Of a stretch of 64,000 nt of DNA, positions 58,603 to 64,000 are shown one piece after another. Positions within the stretch are counted from its first letter, which is position 1, and each line of letters starts with the position of its first letter. The stretch spans positions 62,001 to 126,000 of the forward strand of contig NC_083232.1 of the NCBI RefSeq assembly GCF_032191835.1, read 5' to 3'. The translations under genes were made by a program, and so were the position numbers. The notes under the pieces were generated by a model. It searched no databases. It had not been told where the DNA came from and saw nothing but the letters and a program-made list of their open reading frames with translations. This stretch comes from Heteronotia binoei. Its lineage: Eukaryota.

Positions 58603-61600
58603 ATGCGGGCGGGGCGCGTGGTGGGCTGGCTGCGGCCGGGGCTGCCGCTGCTGCTGGGCTTGTCGCTGGGCTGCAGCCTGAGCCTGCTGCGCGTCTCGTG
58701 GAGCCAGGGCGGCGGGGAGGCGGCGGGCGACCCCTGCGGGGACCCCCCCGGGCGCCCCCCGCAGCAGCCCGCCGGCCCCCAGGACGCCTTCCGGCCCCGC
58801 CTCGTCCCCTACGCCCGCGACCCCGGCAAGCCCTACAAGAAGGTGCTCCGGTAAGGGCGGAGATGCAGCAGCCCTGCGGGAAGGGAGGCGGCTGGCCTTT
58901 GGGGAGGCGCTCCCTGGTGAAAGCGGGGCCGAGCTGCCGCGATGGGTGTGCCCCCTCGTTTGCAGGCGGCCTTCCTTTGCAAAACGCTGCTGCGATGCCG
59001 GGCGGGCCTGACTTCCAGGAAGAGAAAGGACTCTGGGAGCTGCCGCCCACGGGGGGGGGGGGGGGGTGTCTTGTCAAAGCCAGACACCCCCAGGCTCCTC
59101 CACCCAGCAGAGCTGAAGCACAAGCAACTGCTGCCTCCTAACAGCAGAGGGGCTTTGCAGGGGGCTCAGAGAGACCCTGTCTGTGAGCTGTGAGATTGGC
59201 TGCCGCCTGACTGGTTCCAGTTCTTGGCACAGAAAGCGCCATTTCCCCAGCCCCATACTCCTATGAATGTGCCCCTTCTGTTCCCCACAGGACGCGGTAT
59301 GTGCAGACGGAGCTGGGTTTCCGGGAGCGCCTCTTTGTGGCCGTGCTGAGTTCGAAGGCCACCCTGAACACGCTGGCTGTGGCCGTCAACAAGACTGTGG
59401 CCCACCACTTCTCTCACCTGCTGTATTTCACGGGTCTGCGCGGCGCCAAGGCCCCGCACGGCATGACACTGGTGTCCCACGGCGACGAGCGCCCCGTCTG
59501 GCTGATGTATGAGACGGTGCGCTACATCCACCAGCACCTCGGGGGCGACTACGACTGGTTCTTTTTCATGCAGGACGACACTTACGCCCACGCCGAGCAG
59601 GTCAAGGCCCTCGTGAGCCACCTCAGCATCAACCAGGACGTCTACTTGGGGCGGGCGGAGGAGTTCATCGGAGGGGAGGAGCATGCCCGGTATTGCCACG
59701 GGGGCTTTGGCTACCTGCTCTCCCGCAGTCTGCTGCTGAAGCTGCACCCCTACCTGGACAGCTGTCGTAACGAGATCCTCAGCGTGCGCCCGGACGAATG
59801 GCTGGGGCGATGTCTGGTGGACTTCCTGGGCATCAGCTGCGTCTCACAGCATCAGGTACTTCCCCTGGCCGGAGGGGAGGGGAGGGTCCTGGGAGGGCTC
59901 TGCTCTGGCAGCAGGAGGCTGGCTTGCGGCCCACCCTCGAGCAAGCGAGCGAGCAGGCAGCTGCCTCCAGGCTGGCGGCACCCCTGCAAACTGTGCCGGC
60001 TGTGGGCAGTGGGGAAGCCCCTCTGCTGCTTCTCTCGGAGTATCTTCCCAGCTGAGGGTGCTGGGAAGCCGTGCTTGGAGGAGAGCATCCCGCCTCTCTC
60101 AGCTTCTCGGGTCTGTGACTTGAGAGCACTGTGCCTGCATGGCCTGGTTGGGGTTGGGGAGGAAAGTTAACAGGGGAGAATTAAGGGTCCAATTCCTCCA
60201 CTGGAGGGAGACTCAGAATGCTCTGTTCCGATAGAAGAAGAAGAAGAAGAAGAAATGAGATCTATATCCCGCCCTCCGCCCTGACTCTGAATCTCAGAGC
60301 AGCCTGCAGTCTCCTTTCCCTCCCTGTGAGGTGGGCGGGGCTGAGAGGGATGGAGTATGGGGGGCGGGTGGAGAGTTGGGGGAACTTGCTGGCTGAGCTG
60401 AAGGCTCTCAAGGCAGGAGGCTGAAGGACTCGATGGTGCGGTGGCAGAGAGCCGCAAAGTCTGTCCGTCTTCTCCCCCCGCCCAGGGCCAGCCGTACCTG
60501 ACTTACGAGCTCGCCAAGAATGCAGACCCAGAGGAGGCAGAGGGGCAGGGCTTTTGGGGGGCGGCTGCTGTGCACCCCGTCACGGAGGCCTCCCTCATGT
60601 TCCGCTTGCACAGGAGGTTCAGCAGGATGCAGCTGGAGAAGACCTACCAAGAGATCGAGCAGCTGCAGGTAGCGGAAGGGCCCTGGGTGGGCTGGGGGTG
60701 GGGGGGTGGCTGGCTGCTTGCAGGAGGCAGGTGTGGGGGCTGCTCTGAGCTCCACCTGGGGTGGGGGATCCAGTGCTTCGATTTAGGGTTCTGATCTCAG
60801 GGACCTGGTGCCAGTTCCCTTCCTCACGTGGGTTGGCATGAAACCTGGGCAGCCCTCCGTGGTCCGGTGGGGCAGAGAGAGAGAGAACCCTGGGCTGGGG
60901 CATGCAGGCGCTGGCTTCAGGGAAGGCGGGGTGGGAAGAGGACTCCCTCCGGGGGATCCCACCCTGTCGTCAGGGTGCAGTGGGGGGGGGACCCGACTGG
61001 CTGGCGTCTGAGTCGCAGAAAGGAGCGATGTGGCAACTTGAGGCTAACTGACTGACACCATCGGGTCCTTTGTTGGGTCCCACCCACTCCATTGGGGGGG
61101 GGGGTCTGTGGGGAGGGGCTGTAGAGGCCTTCCTTCCAGGTGTCTTGCTTCTGTCCCAGCCGAGCAGCTGGGACTGCTGTCCTTGTGCCTGCCTGGGGGC
61201 TGCCTTCCTGGGAAGTTTGCATCTCCCCCCGCTTGGAATTCCCACAGAGGAGGCGGGCAGGGATGTGCCAGACCTTGGTCATCTCCCAAAGACCTTGTGG
61301 CGGCTGGCTGCAGAAGCATTTGTGGACTAGGAGCCACGCCCCCAGAAAGGCAATGGGGAACCACGAGCAGCAGGAATGCACACCGAACGATGGTGGAGGG
61401 GGAGGGAGGTTATACAGCCTCGGGGGAGTGGAGGAGTCAGAGCTTAGGAAGTTTCAATGGACATTTCTTGTATTTCATGGCTTTACGTGCCTCCCCGGTC
61501 CTCCCCCCCTCAGGTGTATTTAGCATTGAGTCAGCAAACAAATGTTTTGTGCGTCTGCAGACGTCTTCCTCCTGGAGCTGCCGGGAGGCTCCGGCTGGCT

Positions 61601-62992
61601 TCCTTTCTGGGCAGGACATTCCTTTCTGGGCCCTGGACCTTCCAAGAGGCAGGCTGCTTGGCTTCAGAGGGGTGTAGGGTGGGCAGTTGCCGGCTGAACA
61701 ACTGTGCTTTCTCTCCTTGGCAGATGCAAATCCGGAACCTGTCCTCACTGCTGCCAGCGGGCGAGGCTGGCCTGACGTGGCCAGTGGGCATCAGCGCCCC
61801 CTTTGTGCCCAGGTCCCGCTTTGAGGTGATTGGCTGGGAGTACTTCACGGAGCAGCACTCCTTTGCCTGTCCCAGCGGAGCCCCCAAGTGCCAGCTGGTG
61901 GGGGCCAGCAAGGCGGATGTGGGGGACGTCCTGCAGGCGGCCCTGGAGCAGCTGAACCGGCGCTACCAGCCCCAGCTGCGGTTCCACAAGCGGCAGCTGC
62001 TGAACGGCTACCGCCGCTTTGACCCGATGCGGGGCATGGAGTACCAGCTGGACCTGCTGCTGGAGGCCACCACCCAAAAGGGCCACGGGCGCCTTCTGGC
62101 CAAACGGGTGAGCCTCCTGCGGCCTCTCAGCAGGGTGGAAATCATCCCCATGCCTTACGTGACGGAGGCCACCCGGGTGCAGCTCGTGCTGCCCCTCACG
62201 GTGCAGGAGCGGGACTTTGCGGGCAGCTTCCTCGACACGTTTGCCATGAACGCCCTGGACATGCATGAGAATGCCCGCCTCCTGCTGCTGTTCGTCTACG
62301 ACCCATACGATGCCCAGCGGGTCAGCCAGGTGGATGTCTTTGCGGGGGTGAAGGACATGGTGGCTGAGCTGGAGAAGCGCTACGTGGACGTGAAGATCCC
62401 CTGGGTCAGCGTCAAGACGGAGGTGCCTTCCCAGGTGAAGCTGATGGACATGGTCTCCAAGAAGCACCCGGTCGACACCCTCTTCTTCCTGGCCAGCGTC
62501 TGGACAGAGGTGACGGGGGAGGTCTTGAACCACTGCCGCATGAACGCCATCAGCAGCTGGCAGGTCTTCTTCCCGGTGCACTTCCAGGAGTTCAACCCCG
62601 TGCTGGCCTTCCGCGGGGAGCAGCCGGCCCCCTCCTCCTCCAGCACGGACTTCCTGCGGGACGGGCACTTCGACCGACATGTCTTCGCTGAGGCCTGCTT
62701 CTACAACTCAGACTACATGGCTGCCCGCACCAAGCTGGCCGCAGACCTCCTGGACCGGGACGAGGCGCTGGAGGGGCTGGAGGTCTTTGACGTCTTCCTG
62801 CGCTACTCAGAGCTCCACCTCTTCCGGGCCGTGGAGCCGGGGCTGGTGCAGAAGTACGTCTTGAGGAGCTGCGACCCGCGGCTGAGTGAGGAGCTCTACC
62901 ACCACTGCGTCCTGAGCAACCTGGAGGGGCTGGCCTCCCGCTCCCACCTGGCCGCGGCCCTCTTTGAGCAGGAGCAAGCCAACAGCACCTGA
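58603..62992 (+). CDS. CHPF2: Chondroitin polymerizing factor 2, 754 aa
   Basis: Exons 58603-58850, 59291-59855, 60486-60668, 61724-62992 (2265 nt, TGA), GT-AG. N-terminal signal anchor LRPGLPLLLGLSLGCSLSLLRVSW; motifs YKKVLRTRYVQTELG, WFFFMQDDTY, YRRFDPMRGMEYQLDL; C-terminus LFEQEQANST. Confidence 0.95.
60234..60352 (-). mobile_element. Squam3-like SINE 3' fragment
   Basis: (GAA)n tail and ATATCCCGCCCTCC...GAATCTCAGAGCAG are reverse-complementary to the 3' end of the SINE at 16567-16817. Confidence 0.65.
62741..62849 (+). other. Sequence homologous to the mammalian MIR671 precursor (within CHPF2 CDS)
   Basis: ACGAGGCGCTGGAGGGGCTGGAG (62760-62782) versus miR-671-5p AGGAAGCCCUGGAGGGGCUGGAG as recalled; TGCGCTACTCAGAGCTCCACC (62799-62819) versus the 3p arm. 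Positional homology only; no evidence it is a miRNA here. Confidence 0.5.
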
Positions 62993-63053
62993 AGGAGGAG
63001 GACGAGGGCTGGGACCCGGGAGGAGGGAGCGCAGGGGTCTTACCGGAAGAGCC

Positions 63054-63059
63054 ATTAAA
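63054..63059 (+). terminator. Candidate polyadenylation signal ATTAAA for CHPF2
   Basis: ATTAAA ~60 nt after the CHPF2 stop; not confirmed. Confidence 0.35.
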
Positions 63060-63519
63060 ACCGCAAGAGAGGCCACGCTCGTCCTGGCCGTCCATCTGCA
63101 GCTCTGCTCCTGCTGGCAGGCCTGGGGCGCTCATGCGCAGCGCTGGGCTACTTGGAATGCAAATGCTCCACGTCTCGGATTTGAGGTTCTGCTCTGAATA
63201 GCCACATGCTGCTTTGGTTTGTAACAGTAGGCTGCGTCTGAGGGGAGCCATAGCCCTGGAGGGGCTGGAGCGGCCTTGGGGCTGAGCCCCGTGGCTGCTC
63301 TTCTTTCTCCTCCTCCTCTTCCTCGGAGGCAGACAGCCGGCCTGCAGGGAGCAGAGTCAGAGTTGCCCCCAGCCCTGCTCCTGGGGAGGGTCTCTGGCTG
63401 CTGCTGCTGCGGGCAAAGCCCTTGCCAGAGCCTGAATGGGTGGGAGAACTGGCAGGCTCCTGGGGCTTGCCCCGCCAGGCTGGCTGCCACATTCCTGCCC
63501 TCTCTGAAGAAGGAGGAGA

Positions 63520-63700
63520 GAAGATTGGACTTCTACCCCACCTTTCACTGGGAGTCTTGGAGGGGCTGGCAGTCTCCTTTCCCTTCCTCTCGCCACAACA
63601 GACAGACACTCTGGGGGGCAGGTGGGCTGAGAGAACTGCTGTGAGAACTGTGACTGGTCCAAGGTCTCCCAGCTGGCTGCATGTGGAGGAGGAGGAGTGG
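63520..63700 (-). mobile_element. Degenerate Squam3-like SINE fragment
   Basis: Similar to 25270-25460 (GGTGGGCTGAGAGAACT...GTGACTGGTCCAAGGTC...CATGTGGAGGAG). Confidence 0.5.
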
Positions 63701-64000
63701 GGAATGAGACCTCCCGGCACTCCAGGTTAGAGTCCACCACTGCACCCGGCTGGGTCCCAGGCTTGGCCTGTGGGGCAGAGCGCTGGTGCAGGGGAGAGGG
63801 GGCACATGAAGGAGTCTGTGCACAGGGTGGGCTGAATGTCTCCACTGGGGGGTGGGTGGGTTGGATGGGGGGATCATTTGGGGCCTCCTGACTGGAGGAT
63901 CCCCCCCCCCCCAATACTGGCACTCAAGGTTCCTGGTGGGCTGCTTGCTGCTTCATCACTCAGGAAGGAAGACCATCCGGCACTCGCTGCCCTGAAGTGT

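Larger units (their letters stand above)
57270..59000. promoter_or_regulatory. CpG island / bidirectional promoter of ABCF2 and CHPF2
   Basis: The two ATGs (58142 minus, 58603 plus) diverge ~460 bp apart; very dense CpG; CCAAT near 58295; TGACGTC on the minus strand at ~58312-58318; GC boxes. Boundaries are approximate. Confidence 0.85.

Noticed and set aside
57443-59141. Overlapping long ORFs (285-469 aa) across the ABCF2/CHPF2 promoter
   Set aside because: Low-complexity Gly/Pro/Arg/Ala translations expected from stop-poor CpG-island DNA; no recognisable domain.
61745-62680. 311-aa antisense ORF inside the CHPF2 last exon
   Set aside because: Shadow of GC3-rich codon usage on the coding strand; similar shadows occur over ASB10, IQCA1L and ABCF2 exons.
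63000-64000. SMARCD3 3' end, expected next by synteny
   Set aside because: No matching terminal coding exon found; presumably beyond the window.

Overview
Vertebrate genomic DNA, very GC-rich, with squamate-type SINEs and CR1s; most likely a lizard or gecko (inference). Gene order matches the human 7q36.1 block: ASB10 (-, two alternative first exons), IQCA1L/DRC11L (-, 19 coding exons, 820 aa), ABCF2 (-, 14 coding exons, 621 aa) and CHPF2 (+, 4 exons, 754 aa), the last two head-to-head on a CpG-island promoter. All exon boundaries were read by hand from GT/AG sites and the phases close. There are two assembly gaps (18761-19572, 21240-21406). Highlights: (1) a 270-bp Penelope-like insertion in an ASB10 intron with a 13-bp TSD and a 107-bp inverted repeat that puts a minimal hammerhead ribozyme motif on each strand; (2) two independent tandem repeats that multiply a 3' splice acceptor plus the start of its exon (IQCA1L exon 10, where all extra acceptors lead to stops; ABCF2 coding exon 2, with two in-frame and one frameshifting); (3) a 67-bp CR1 3'-terminal unit amplified into tandem arrays at three loci; (4) a full-length L1 with TSD inserted ~250 bp upstream of IQCA1L, containing a nested near-intact full-length RTE with its own TSD and a SINE; (5) no recognisable H2B.K gene at its mammalian syntenic position; (6) the sequence homologous to the mammalian miR-671 precursor inside CHPF2, with a different seed. 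No prokaryotic-type systems (CRISPR, rRNA, genuine tRNA) were found.
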